Assembly: GCA_002245135.1 (NCBI GenBank) | Contig: NGBS01001201.1 | Location: 1-55,614, forward strand | Direction of reading: 5' to 3' | From: Proteromonas lacertae | Taxonomy: Eukaryota | DNA length: 55,614 bases | Shown here: one piece after another, positions 22,871 to 35,462 of the stretch | How positions within the stretch are numbered: the stretch's first letter is position 1 | Layout: every line of letters begins with the position of its first letter | Translations under genes and position numbers: made by a program | Notes under the pieces: model-generated | Seen by the model: the letters and a program-made list of their open reading frames with translations, nothing else | What the model was told of the DNA's origin: nothing | Database searches by the model: none

Positions 22871-25800
22871 TTATCTATCCATGTATCGAATATAAATATC
22901 ATAAATGTTTTCTAATTCCTGAATTGGAGTGGAATTAGAAGGAATAAAAAATTTCAATTTCTTCAAACAGCCAACTCCATGTTTAAATGAATATATATGT
23001 TGATGACCTTCAACGTTTAATATCACACTTACTGTTCTAGATGGAATTGGAGCATTATACATCATTAACGCTTCTTTAATATGTTTTATACATTTTTCTT
23101 CATCATCTAAATTACTATAAGCTGTTGCTAAATAACAATGAGCTAATGGAGCATCAAATGCGATTGTAAAAGCAGTTAAACCATATTTCTTATTTGCATC
23201 TAATAATTCCAAGGTCTTCAACAAATAATCGATTGCTTCTGACCATTTCTGTTGACTTACAGCTTTCTTTGCTGCTAAATGCATATATAATACAGATTTC
23301 GCTAATGCTGTTCGTTCTTCAGGTGACATTGTCCAATGATATGATATAACAGCATATAATTCACAATCTAAATCACTTAAACGATTTCCTACGCTCTTTT
23401 CATACCAAGTGGCTACTGCACCATGTAAATCCCTTCGTTGAGATAGTAATAATTCTTCATGAAGTACTTCAATTGCATGTTCATGTTTGAAACGATATAC
23501 TGGTAAATCATTTTTCTCATTTACAAAGAAATCTTTATTCGATTCATTTTGATTATTATTATTATTTAACATATTTTTATCACTTTCTTCAGGTGGAACT
23601 TTTATTAATACTCCTGTCGATTCTAATTCATCTAAAGTCTCTCGTAATAATGGTTTAAATGATTTCATTGGTAATATATCATATAATAATACATAATGGA
23701 TCTTATTACTAAATAATGCCACTACAGAAGCTACTTTTAATATCATTAATGGTAAGGCAGTAAACCTTTCCAAATGTTTGGCAAATTGAACTGATGAACC
23801 TATTGAAAAAACACCTCTTAATGCTAAAGCAGCTATCTTCATAGATAATTTTGGTTTATTTACATTCTTATTATTATTATTATTATTGGAACTATCACTA
23901 TCTTGAACTAACTGTAAATTTGATTGAGTTGAACCTCGTTTATATTCATGACATAATGAAGAAGATGTTGATCCTCGTTTATCTGTAGTAGGAGACAGTA
24001 TTTTTGATTGGGAATTATACCTTGGAGGAGTTTTAGATACGGTTCTACTAGCTGGAGTATTTAATCGAGAAACTAATCGAATACTTTGAATACTCACTTT
24101 CTTATTCATTGAGGAATCTCTTTGAACAAATTCTAAACTACTACTTCTTGGCTTTTGGATTGAACTTCGGATTATTAAATCAGTTTGAGTAGGTGATACG
24201 TTAATTTGAGATGATACATTTCCATTTGTATTTGTATTATTACTATTATTAGATACAGGATGGATCTTAGAAAGATTTCTAAATCCTTTATGGATTGGAG
24301 TTCGAATTATTGACTTCTTCGGACAATTCTCTTCATCTACATCCATTAATTGTCTATTACAATTACAATGCAAACCAGCTCGCCATATTTGAGGTCGAAT
24401 ATCATAAGTATAATGTTCAGATTGGTCTATATACACTTGCTCAAATGGTTCATAGATATTAATCAATACTTCTTTACCTTTTACTTTTATTTTCGATATA
24501 TATTGATAATAAATTAAATTTCGAGAATCGTTTCTTGTTTCTTCATCACATAGAATTATATTATCTCGATTATATTCACTCATCATTTTCTTTCCTTGAA
24601 CCATTATTCTTGCTGATAAATTAACTACATCTCCTGATATGGTATATTCACATCGATTTGCACTTCCTATTACTCCACAATAACATATTCCAGTGGTTAT
24701 TCCAATTGATGCTCTGACATTCATCCCTTCAAGTTTCTCTAATATATCCATTCCTGCTTTTACACTATTCGCTGCATATCCTAATAATGATTTTAATCCA
24801 AATATACAAATCATTACACATCCTTTGTCATCTACTATGAATTGACGTAAGATTCCTTTCCTTACAGTTATTGACATTATTATCATTTTGTAGATTTCTT
24901 CCACTAGTTTGAATTGACTTGGTTCACATGATAAATCAGAAAAATTTATAAACATTATTGATAATCTTCGAATCTCAGATAACCAACCTGTATATAAGTC
25001 TACATGCTTATTATAACTTGCCAAATCAGAGGATATATCACCTGGACCAGCTTGAACACCGTCTCGTATTGAATCAGGTATAAATGACAATAATTGAGGT
25101 TGAATATCAAAAGGAACATTGTTTTCATCATATAATGTGTTTTTCTCATAAATTGTGTTATTATAATTTGTTCCTAATGATGCTCTTGAAGATTCTGAGT
25201 TGATATTGAACAATTGTGACTCAGGTAAATATCCAGCTGGTAATTCTATATTATTTGGTATTAATATACCTCCTTCTATTTTATTTCCTTCTCCAAATAT
25301 CTCTTTGTTGCTGATACATTCATAAAATTCATCTGACAATCCAATATTTACACTATTTGAAACTTCAGCCATTTTGCCAGCTTTTGGTATTACATCTCCT
25401 GATATTAAGCACTCTGAACGATCAAAGGTTGAGTGGTTTAATACCATAAAAGTAGTTTGACCAATTGCCAAGCCAAGCTTGATTTGTAATGTCAAATCAT
25501 GTTTGAAATTCAACAATTCTAAACTTTGCAATATTTCCCAACAAGTTAAAAAGGCTTTATCTGCTAAACGAGTTCTTGTTGATAAATATGTCTTTTTATC
25601 CATTGTATTAGTATTTTCATTATTATCATCCAACCATTTACTTCGAGTTGCTTGATCTTCAATTGGCCACCATACTAAGACTGCATCACCTGCAAATTTT
25701 AATATATCACCTTCGTTTTCATGTATTATTCTGATAATCTCCATGAAATAATCATTTAATACTTTCATTAACTCTTCTGCTCCTAAACAAGCACCTCTAT

Positions 25801-26365
25801 TCATATCCATTTTCTTACCAAATGTTGTTCTTCTTTCTCTTTGACTTAAAAATTCGGCTAATTTAGTATATCCAGTAAAATCGAAAAAACCTATTATAGC
25901 ATCCATTTGTTTGTATCCGTTTGATATACTTGCATTTTTAAGAATTAAATTGAACATATATCTTGGTACACACGATGAAACGATATGAAATACAGCACTT
26001 TTTGCATCATCATCAAGTATATCATTATAATCTGATCGAAAAATTCTTGCACTTAATGCAGCGAAAAATGAAGCAGTTTTGTCTCTTCTTCTACCAAATA
26101 GTTTCTTCTTAAATTTCATTGTTCGATAAGGAAGATCTTCAACTGTTTCAGATGTATTCTCTTCAGTATTGTATGTGCTCATTTCATGATCATTGGACGA
26201 AGAAGGATTTTCTGATAAATTATTTTTTGAAGTTGATGGAGAAGTAGCATTTTCGTTATTAGTGCTTATACTCTTCGAACTGGATGGATTTGGAGATAAA
26301 TTTGTATCAATAGTAACTAAATTATATAAATAACTACGATGTATACTATGCTTATCGTTACTCAT
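22871..26365 (-). CDS. Soluble adenylyl cyclase (ADCY10/sAC-like), two class III domains plus helical/TPR-like tail, intronless
   Basis: C1 FDFTGYTKLAE...ILKFAGDA; C2 IVDDKGCV, GITTG..YCGVIGS..RCEYTISGDVVNLSARIM; tail FKH...RRDLHGAVATWYE. Confidence 0.88.
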   Translation of the reverse strand: MSNDKHSIHRSYLYNLVTIDTNLSPNPSSSKSISTNNENATSPSTSKNNLSENPSSSNDHEMSTYNTEENTSETVEDLPYRTMKFKKKLFGRRRDKTASFFAALSARIFRSDYNDILDDDAKSAVFHIVSSCVPRYMFNLILKNASISNGYKQMDAIIGFFDFTGYTKLAEFLSQRERRTTFGKKMDMNRGACLGAEELMKVLNDYFMEIIRIIHENEGDILKFAGDAVLVWWPIEDQATRSKWLDDNNENTNTMDKKTYLSTRTRLADKAFLTCWEILQSLELLNFKHDLTLQIKLGLAIGQTTFMVLNHSTFDRSECLISGDVIPKAGKMAEVSNSVNIGLSDEFYECISNKEIFGEGNKIEGGILIPNNIELPAGYLPESQLFNINSESSRASLGTNYNNTIYEKNTLYDENNVPFDIQPQLLSFIPDSIRDGVQAGPGDISSDLASYNKHVDLYTGWLSEIRRLSIMFINFSDLSCEPSQFKLVEEIYKMIIMSITVRKGILRQFIVDDKGCVMICIFGLKSLLGYAANSVKAGMDILEKLEGMNVRASIGITTGICYCGVIGSANRCEYTISGDVVNLSARIMVQGKKMMSEYNRDNIILCDEETRNDSRNLIYYQYISKIKVKGKEVLINIYEPFEQVYIDQSEHYTYDIRPQIWRAGLHCNCNRQLMDVDEENCPKKSIIRTPIHKGFRNLSKIHPVSNNSNNTNTNGNVSSQINVSPTQTDLIIRSSIQKPRSSSLEFVQRDSSMNKKVSIQSIRLVSRLNTPASRTVSKTPPRYNSQSKILSPTTDKRGSTSSSLCHEYKRGSTQSNLQLVQDSDSSNNNNNNKNVNKPKLSMKIAALALRGVFSIGSSVQFAKHLERFTALPLMILKVASVVALFSNKIHYVLLYDILPMKSFKPLLRETLDELESTGVLIKVPPEESDKNMLNNNNNQNESNKDFFVNEKNDLPVYRFKHEHAIEVLHEELLLSQRRDLHGAVATWYEKSVGNRLSDLDCELYAVISYHWTMSPEERTALAKSVLYMHLAAKKAVSQQKWSEAIDYLLKTLELLDANKKYGLTAFTIAFDAPLAHCYLATAYSNLDDEEKCIKHIKEALMMYNAPIPSRTVSVILNVEGHQHIYSFKHGVGCLKKLKFFIPSNSTPIQELENIYDIYIRYMDR

Positions 26366-26583
26366 TCGATAAATATATGAATATAATTTTACTAATTAAA
26401 ATAAATATATTAGATTAACAATATGAAACATAAATAAATCAACCAACTGATTTTCGTTTTAAGAAATGAATTTATATTCGTTTCGACTCGACTTGACAGA
26501 ATATTTCGTTTTTGAATATTAAAAGCAAAAAATAACACAAATTACACAATCAATTTGCTAAATATAGTAACTAAAATATCTGA

Positions 26584-29557
26584 CTACTTATAATTTATCT
26601 TAGTTTTTAGCCCACCTCTAATTGGAACAACTTGAGAAGTAAATCCAGCTGCTGCTGCTCCTCTTCCTTTTATTGCATTTATTGTAGCTCCACCTCTTAT
26701 TGTAGATGCTGAAGAAGGATATTGATAACCAACCGATCCACTATTCGTCTTCTTCTCTAATTCTTTTATTTTATCATTCAAAGATGTCATTTTCTTTTCA
26801 TTCAAATGAAGAGTCATCATCATTTTAGATAATTGTGAATCTTTTTCTTTTAATTTTGATTCTAAATTCTTAATTTCGTCTCTCATCTTCTTTTCATTTG
26901 ATTGTTTCATATAGGCTTGATCGAATAACTCGATTTGTTCTTTACATGCATCTAATTGTAATTCTAATTGAACTACTCTATCGCATCTATTATGAAGACT
27001 ATCTTGTAATGTTTGGATTTGTTGTTCTCTTAATACAACATCATTCATCAATGATAAATAAGCTTCTGCATATTCTTCATTCAAATCATTTTCACTATTA
27101 AAATTTTCAGGATTTTCTTCTCTTCTTTTCAATAAATTAGTTAATGCTTCATTTCTTTCTTCTAATTGCCTTATTCTTTCTTCACTTTCATTTAATCTCT
27201 CTTTATTTGCTTCAAAATTACTACTTAGTTGCTTATATTCATTGGTTATTTCATTGTATTGTTCAATCATATTTTCATTCATTGTAGAATCTACACGATT
27301 TCTGTTATTATTATTATTATTATTTCCATTGTTATTAATACTATTATCATAAGTTCCTGCAAAAGAATTATCACTATCTACCAGTAATTGTAACTTCAAG
27401 GATGATGTTTCTGATAATAATTCTTCTTTTATACTTTTATATTGTTCAATTTCATCTTTCAGTTTTAATATCATTGTCTCTTGAGCTCTACATAATTCAG
27501 TCATTTGTTGAAGACTTTCTACTGGATTATCAGTATTCTAAATAAACAAAATAAATATTAGAAAAGATATACAACTGATTTAGAATGTAAAGCTTCACCA
27601 ATTTTAGATATTTGATTCTCTAATTGTGAATTTAAATCTCTCTCACTTGTTAATGATTCTAACATTTCTTCATATTTCTTTTTCATCTCTTCATGTTCTA
27701 TTTTCAACGTATCATAATCAACTTGATAAGTAGACAATCCTTCAGTTAAATTATTAATCTGTATTTCATAATCTTTAATTTGTTTCTTCATCTCTGATAA
27801 CTTCATTTTAATTTTGAGCTGTTTTGAATGTGTTGGAGATTCTGTATTTTCACTAATCTCTGATTCTCTTCTTGAACTGTCTTCTTCATCAAAACTTAAT
27901 GTTTTTGAAACAGATGAAGTATTTATATCATCTGAAGTTGATAAAAGTGAGTCTGAAGATGTATCATTATTATTCTAATAATAATAATAATAATAATATA
28001 TACTGATTCATCCATTACTAAACTCTTCCATATTCTATTCATTTCACTTTGTAATTTATTTGTTATTCCTTTTTCTTTTGATAAGTTTTGAGATAGTTCT
28101 GATTTTTGGTTTTCTAATTCTTTCATCTCTTCTTCTTTATTTTTTATTATATTCTCTAACTTTTCCATTTTTATATCTTTCTCGTTTATCATTTTCTCTT
28201 TTTCTTCTTTTAACTCTTTTAGTTCACAGATTTCTTTAGTTTTTATATCTATTTCTTTTTTCATTTTATTCATATTTTCATTGCCATTTTCTTTCTCTTT
28301 CGATAATTCTTCTTTCATTTTGTATATTTCTTTCTCTTTTTCATTTATATCATTCTCCAATCCTTCTTTTTCTTTCTTGATTGAATCTAAATCATTTTCA
28401 TATTTCTTCAGTTTATTTTTTAATCCTTCATTTTCACTTTCTAATGACTTTACTGACTCTTCTGATATATCCAATTTTCCTTTATATTCTTTTAATTCCT
28501 TTTCTAATGATTCTATTTTGGATATATTCTTAATATTTATCTCTTTTTCTTTTAATAACAAATCAGATTTATTTTCTAGCAATCTTTTTATCTCATTTAC
28601 CTCATTCTTATTATTCTCATTCTCTTCTTCTATTTCTTCATATCTCTTATTCATTTCTGATATACTTTTCTTCAGAGAATCATTTTCATTGTGTAATTCA
28701 TCTAACCTTCGATTTAATATCATTTGATTTCATTTTCAATGTCCCATTATCAGCTAATGAATTTTCTAACTTGTTTTTTATTTCTGCAATTTCTTTCTTT
28801 AAAGTAATACAATCAACTTCAAAGGTTGTTTTACCTTCAGATAAAGTAGATATCTGTTCTTCTAATTGAGATTTTAGAGTTTTCTCATTCATTAATTGTT
28901 GATTACTATTCTCTAATTCATTTTTCAATTCAGATATCTCTGTTTCAAGGGTTTTATTTACTTCTTTTGATTTATCAAATTCTACTTTTATTTCATTATT
29001 CTCGCTCTTTATTGTATTGTTAATGATTTGAATGTTATTCAATTTTTGCTTTAATTCTTCAATTTCATTATTCAAATTCTTTATTGATAATAAACTTTCA
29101 TTGTTAAGTTCTATTTCTTTTGATAAGTTTTGAGATAGTTCTGATTTTTGGTTTTCTAATTCTTTCATCTCTTCTTCTTTATTTTTTATTATATTCTCTA
29201 ACTTTTCCATTTTTATATCTTTCTCGTTTATCATTTTCTCTTTTTCTTCTTTTAACTCTTTTAGTTCACAGATTTCTTTAGTTTTTATATCTATTTCTTT
29301 TTTCATTTTATTCATATTTTCATTGCCATTTTCTTTCTCTTTCGATAATTCTTCTTTCATTTTGTATATTTCTTTCTCTTTTTCATTTATATCATTCTCC
29401 AATCCTTCTTTTTCTTTCTTGATTGAATCTAAATCATTTTCATATTTCTTCAGTTTATTTTTTAATCCTTCATTTTCATTCTCCAATTTATCATTCTTTT
29501 CTTTTACTTCATTCATTTCTTTATTTAATTTCAACATCTATTCATTCATAAATACAA

Positions 29558-29594
<37 letters not shown>

Positions 29595-31319
29595 TTCTGA
29601 TTCTAATTCTTCAATTCTATTATTCAACTGTAATGTCTTTTCATCATTTACAGTTTTATCATCTTCTGACACTTTGTCATTTTCACTTTCATCATTCATA
29701 TCATCTTCTGATTTTTCACTATCACTACATTCATTATCACTTAATTCTATTTTAACTTCCTCAGGATGTTTGTCTTTCATTTTTATTACTATGCCTTTTA
29801 GTTCTTTATTTTTTTCTTTTAAATAATCATTTTCATTTGATATCTTTTCTATATTATCTCTGTAACATTGTTGTATTATCTCGATTTCTTCAATTTGTAC
29901 AACAAATACATTTCGAAACTCTTTTACTATTTCATCGTAATTGTTACATTCTTCAGTTCTTTCATCCACTTGTTTCTGTAATTCATCTACATCATCCAAA
30001 GCAGCCTATATATATATATTATATATTATATACTTCACATCTTTGTTTCAACTTTTCATATTCATCTTCATCAATATCACTATTAACTACACTCTTTATA
30101 TCACCTATTTCTTTACCTTCAGATAATAATTGTCTTTTTAAAAGTTCAATTTCTTTCAATGCAGCAGCTAATTCCATTTTCAATTCAGCTGCAGATTTTT
30201 CTGCATTTATTACAGCTTTATTCTTTATTCTTTTTGCTCTTATTCCAAATCTCAATGTTGATACTGTTTCTTCTTCATTATATTTCGCTGGAGAACAATT
30301 CAATATTAACGCTGTTTTACTATTACCACCTAATGCTTCTTGTAATATTCTTGTCAATTGAGAATCTCGATAAGGAACATGACTACTTTTACCATCTGTT
30401 AATGCATTTATCACACTTCCTAATGTAAATAAAGATTTGTTTATATTCTTAGCTTCATCTAATCGAGTTCCTTCAGCTCCAGTCTTTTGAATCTTTTCAC
30501 TACCAGCTAAATCAACTAAATATAATCGACCACTTTTTCGAGATAATGTTTCTAAATTTCTTTGAGCTATTGTTATTACAAAAATACTGTGACTTCGACT
30601 TGAAAATTTGTTCATATTCGTTGCACCTACACTTCGATTAGTTGTACCTATTTTCAATAGATTAAATATATCATCTGGAGATGAAACATAATAATCACTA
30701 GCATTTCCCACATATACTCCTTTATCTCGACTTTCATGAACTTTCAAATCTAAACGAGTTGGATCTAATAAATCACGAATCTTTTCATTATATATTTCTA
30801 ACATTGACACTTGAACAGTAAATTCGATATTTTGATTCGCACTATAGATTGTTTCAAACAAAGTATCAATCATTCGAGGAATTATACCTCGCTTTTCTTT
30901 ATCATTATAATCAGGTCCTTCCATTGTATGAGTTTTACCAGCTGATGTTTGACCATATGCAAATATTGTTCCATTATATCCTTCGATCACTTGAAGAATT
31001 ACTGGTTTTGCTGCATATGTATACACTTCTTCTTGAGTTGTTTTCATCTCAAATACTCGATCAAATGTAAATTTTTGTGAATCAGTTTTTACATACACAG
31101 ACATCTATTCATATTTACACATATTATTATTTATATATACACCATCAGGAGAAAAATCATAATTTACTTTACCACCTTCTTTCAATGCAAGCTCTTTTTC
31201 ATTCTGAGGACGAAATCTACACACTACCTATTTCAATTATTTCAATTGTGTATTATACTTTTATATCACTATCGCTGCTATTATTACCTAGGATTTTGTG
31301 AGTTTTCTTGGTTACTCAT
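26584..31319 (-). CDS. Kinesin-1 (conventional kinesin heavy chain) with a very long coiled-coil stalk
   Basis: IK|VVCRFRPQN, YGQTSAGKTHTM, SSRSHS, LVDLAGSE, HVPYRDS; tail LHNRCDRVVQLELQLD and PIRGG typical of fungal/protist kinesin-1. Several introns; +1 frame break near 28729; first exon needs a 28-nt intron or a 1-nt correction. Confidence 0.88.
28072..28436. repeat. 365-nt intragenic direct repeat, copy 1 (kinesin stalk)
   Basis: Appears identical by eye to 29114-29478 (offset 1042). Confidence 0.92.
29114..29478. repeat. 365-nt intragenic direct repeat, copy 2 (kinesin stalk)
   Basis: Encodes the same ENEGLKNKLKK...SQNLSKE segment as 28072-28436. Confidence 0.92.
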
Positions 31320-31797
31320 TTCTCAATTATTTAAGATCTGTTTCAAAATTTAAATATTCACTCTATATAATGATTATTTTAATAAAAATGAAAAATTGAT
31401 CAAACCTTCAATCAAGCCTTTCAAAAGATTTTTTGATTATTTTGAAAGATATGAAGGGATTTAGTTAAAAATGCATATTTGAAATAGTTAGAGTGCTTGA
31501 TTCAAAGGTATTTATCTTGTAACTTCGTAAATTATAGAATGTATTGCAAAATCAGATAATACACACGGAAATAACCCTTTATTGTGTCTAGTGTAAGAGT
31601 GATAAAATATATATCGAGATATATCTTCTCTTATACTATGATCAACACATTAAAGGATTTATAGTAGTATATATGGTGGAAATCGAATAAATGTAAATAT
31701 AATGTATATATCAATGTAAATATTTGTTTTATTATAAAAATATAGAAAATGAAAATATTGAAACGATATTATTTTTGAAACATTATTCGTTATAAAA

Positions 31798-34700
31798 ATG
31801 AATTATTTAGAATCTTTTATCGATGGAATATCATCTTTGTTTTTACATAATTCTACCAATGTATAACTAATGTTTTATATAAATAGATAAAAGAAAGAAA
31901 TGAGGTGATTAGTGAAAATAAAGGAGTTACAGTTAATAGAAAAGTCGATGATAAAATGATTAAAAAATTGAATGTTAATGGAATGAAAGAAAAGAATATT
32001 TTCAAATTCATCGAAAAACATTCATTTGTGTGTAAAAGTTGTTTGTGTTATGTATATTCATTTGAAATGTCAATTTACGGGTATAATGATGTGATATTGG
32101 AAAGAAGATATTATGTTAGAGACTTAGAAGAGATAATTCAAACTAAAACCAATTCAAACGATGATATATTTCATGTGATAAGTTCTTTATGCAATATTGT
32201 GATGATATTAAGTGAATATGACATTGTAGTTGGTAATTTGAAGAGTAGTAATGTTGTAATAGAGAATGATGATGAAATAAAGTTATGTGATTTATTCTTA
32301 AATGAAGTAAGAAAAGAAAAAGATTTGGGAGTATATGATATCTGCTTTAAAACCCCTGAAGAGTTGAATGGATTAGAATGTAATGAAAGAAGTGTGATTT
32401 GGTCAATTGGCTGTATTTTATATGAAATGATTTGTAAGAAATTGCCATTTAATGAAGATGATAATGTAATGAAAACAATAAACAATATTCTCACATGTAA
32501 ATACAGTATTGATGTAGAATGTGATGAATTGATGAAAGAAATGATTGAAAGAGTGTTGAAAGTGAGAAGTGAAGATAGACTGAGTTTAAAAGAGCTGAAT
32601 AAAGGGATAATGAAAATGAGTGAAATGTTGAGAGATGATGATAATAGTATAGTGATGTGTAAAGATAGTAAAGAAATGTTATACAATAATGATGTTGAGA
32701 TTGTGACATTGTTACCTAAAGAATTTTATCTTGAGAATTATAAAAGGATTAGAATTGGATATGATTTAATGAAATCGTACAATCATAAACCAAGCGAAAG
32801 AATATTAGCAATATTATTGATGATAAAATTATACAAAAAAGATAATTTCATAAAAGATATACTGAATTTTCAAGTTTATCACCAATGTAAAGAAAGAAAA
32901 GAATGTTATTTAGATGAAAAGATATTCAGTATTCACTTTGATAAAGATGATAAAGAAAAAATCTGGATTGATTCAGAATATGTTTGTTTCTGTGAAGAAG
33001 GAATTGGTTATTTTTTTAGAATAATGAAGTTTGTCAATCCATCAAAATTATTTTTCGGTATATTTTTAATAATTTCTATTTATATAATAATTAGGTTGTT
33101 TTATAAAAGTTCCAATTCAACATCAATCTTTGTTTGGATCATTATTTTCAGAATTATTAAATCTACAAATATTAGATATAAGGGAATGTTATTTAACTCA
33201 TTATTTCGTTGAATCATTTGTGAAATCAATTCCATTCATGAAATTGAAATATGTAGATTTAACATGTATACATTAATCACTGTTTTTATAATTCAAAATA
33301 GGCAATCCAATTGGTGAAAATGGATTTAAATTATTGCTTCCATATTTGCATTTATTGATCAACAAATATAATGTTTTGAATCTTGGAAAAATGAATTTAA
33401 ATGATGAATCGATGCTATTATTATCAGAAGAATTGAATAGATATCCAAATCTTCAGAAAATAGATATTGCAGGAAATAGAAATATTCATTCAAAAGGATT
33501 TAAAGCATTATTCTCCAAATTTCCTATTTCAAAGATAAAATTTAATTTTAATGAAAGTAAAGAATTACTTGTTGATAAAGAAATTACAGAGTTGATGAAG
33601 TACATCATAATCAACGATGATGGTTGGTATATACTAAATCTGAACAATTCAGGAATAGATGACGTTTGCTTCAAATCGTTTATTTTATTAAGATCAAATG
33701 AGTTGAAAAAAGTAAATAAATTACATTTGAGTAGTATAATTTTGATATTTTTACAATTATTTAGATAATAAACTAACATATAAAAGTGTAGAAATTCTGA
33801 TTAACAATTTGTCTTCATTACCAAGCCTTAAATATCTTGAATTATATGGAAATGAAATAGGAGATGAAGGAATGAAAGTATTATCTCCACACTTAGATTT
33901 ATTAAAATACTATGAAAATCATGATTGGAAGTTATATTGTACAAGTATAATAATAATAAAATGTTATGTAATAGAAATGGGATTATCTTCATTAGGATTA
34001 AAATACTTATTAGATGGTTTAAAGAAGATTGAAAAGTTAAGGTTGCTTGATATAAGTGATAATAATATAGATTCAGTTGGAATGGAGTGTTTGGTGAATT
34101 ACATGAAAGTAGTGTGTAATGTAAGAAATTACCACATTCAGAGTATTTATTGATATTTAATGTTGTTTAATAGACAATCCAATAGGTAATGTTGGATTGA
34201 AACTGCTATTAAAGCAATTTAAATAGATTAATATATTATGATGAGTTGAATTTGAGTAATATTTCAATAGATGATGAAAGTGTAATACTGTTAACCAACC
34301 AAATACCCTCAATTAGATATTACAGTGCAATATATTTAAATGGAAATAATATTAGAATGAATGGATTAAAAACAATATGTTCAAAATCCTTAGAAAAAAA
34401 AGAATATCCATTCATTCAAATAAACTGTCTATCATGGACAAATGAAGAATTGGAATATTATCTGAACTATTGCATAAAAAAGGAAAGATATGATAATAGA
34501 TACCATGATTTTTCAAGTATATAATAGTAATATCTAATTAATAGATATGAATATTAATGATTCTCATATTTCAAAAATTAAAAAGATTGATTATAAAGCT
34601 CTTATTTTATCCAATAATCACATAAGCTATAAAGGATTGAAAGAATTAATAAAGTCTATGAGAAAAGATGGATTTAAAAAGATTTTCATACACAATAATA

Positions 34701-35085
34701 TAATTGGAGATAAAGAAATGGAAATAATATGTAACAATTTATATATATTTATTGATTGTGAAAGATTAAATCTTTCAAGTATTATTAGAATATAATATAT
34801 ATGTGTATTTTTATAGATATTGGAATGAGTGAGAAAAGATTTAAAATGTTAATAAAAAGTTTAAAAGATCATAAATGGTTAGATAATATTAATCTATCTG
34901 GAAATATATTAAATGAAAGAGAATTGAGATTGATGATAGAAAATATAGAGATTTTTGATAGATTAGAAGAATTATCAATAACAGTAAAAGAAAATATTGA
35001 TAAATCAGAATTAAAATCATTTTTAAATGCATTTTCAATTGTTAAAATAATGAACATTGATGGAATGAAAGAAGAAGTAAAGTAA
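31798..35085 (+). CDS. NEK-like pseudokinase + RNI-like LRR protein, copy B (one +1 frame break near 34218)
   Basis: ATG 31798, intron 31861-31886. Kinase fold with HRD>VGN and DFG>DLF; WSIGCILYEM retained. LRRs GNEIGDEG, DNNIDSVG, NPIGNVG across about 8 exons. Confidence 0.75.
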
Positions 35086-35244
35086 GAAGTATTAATTTTT
35101 ATGATATTAAATAATCTTAATAAAAAATAAATATATTCATTTTATTCTTCTTTTATTAACTGCAGTATCACAAATAATCCACTTTAGTAATTACGATAAT
35201 ATGAGTAATATGATAAGTGAAATGTGCGTTGTATTAATGTTAAA

Positions 35245-35364
35245 TTAAGTGAAAAGGGATTAAATACTTTTATAGAAAGATTGAAAGTTTATTATTCTAT
35301 AAGAAAGATAAATCAATCAGGAAATGAATTAAATGAGGAAGAATTATCAATTGATTTCTTTTAA
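35245..35364 (+). pseudogene. Relic last-exon fragment of the pseudokinase-LRR family
   Basis: LSEKGLNTFIERLKVYYSIRKINQSGNELNEEEL versus copy A MNEKGLKVLIQRLKGYYVFRYMHLEGNELNEKEL. Confidence 0.7.
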
Positions 35365-35462
35365 ATTTTATAAATTATTATTTTTATTATTATTTACTTT
35401 CCTCATTAAAAACATACAATATAAAAATAATAAAATATTAAGTAAAATTAAGAAATACATTT

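Noticed and set aside
28281..30428. Plus-strand F/S-rich ORFs (28281, 29323, 29837) and similar antisense ORFs elsewhere (2260, 21311, 32171, 42797, 45407, 50496)
   Set aside because: They are shadow frames of K/E/N-rich coding sequence on the opposite strand and have no independent motifs.
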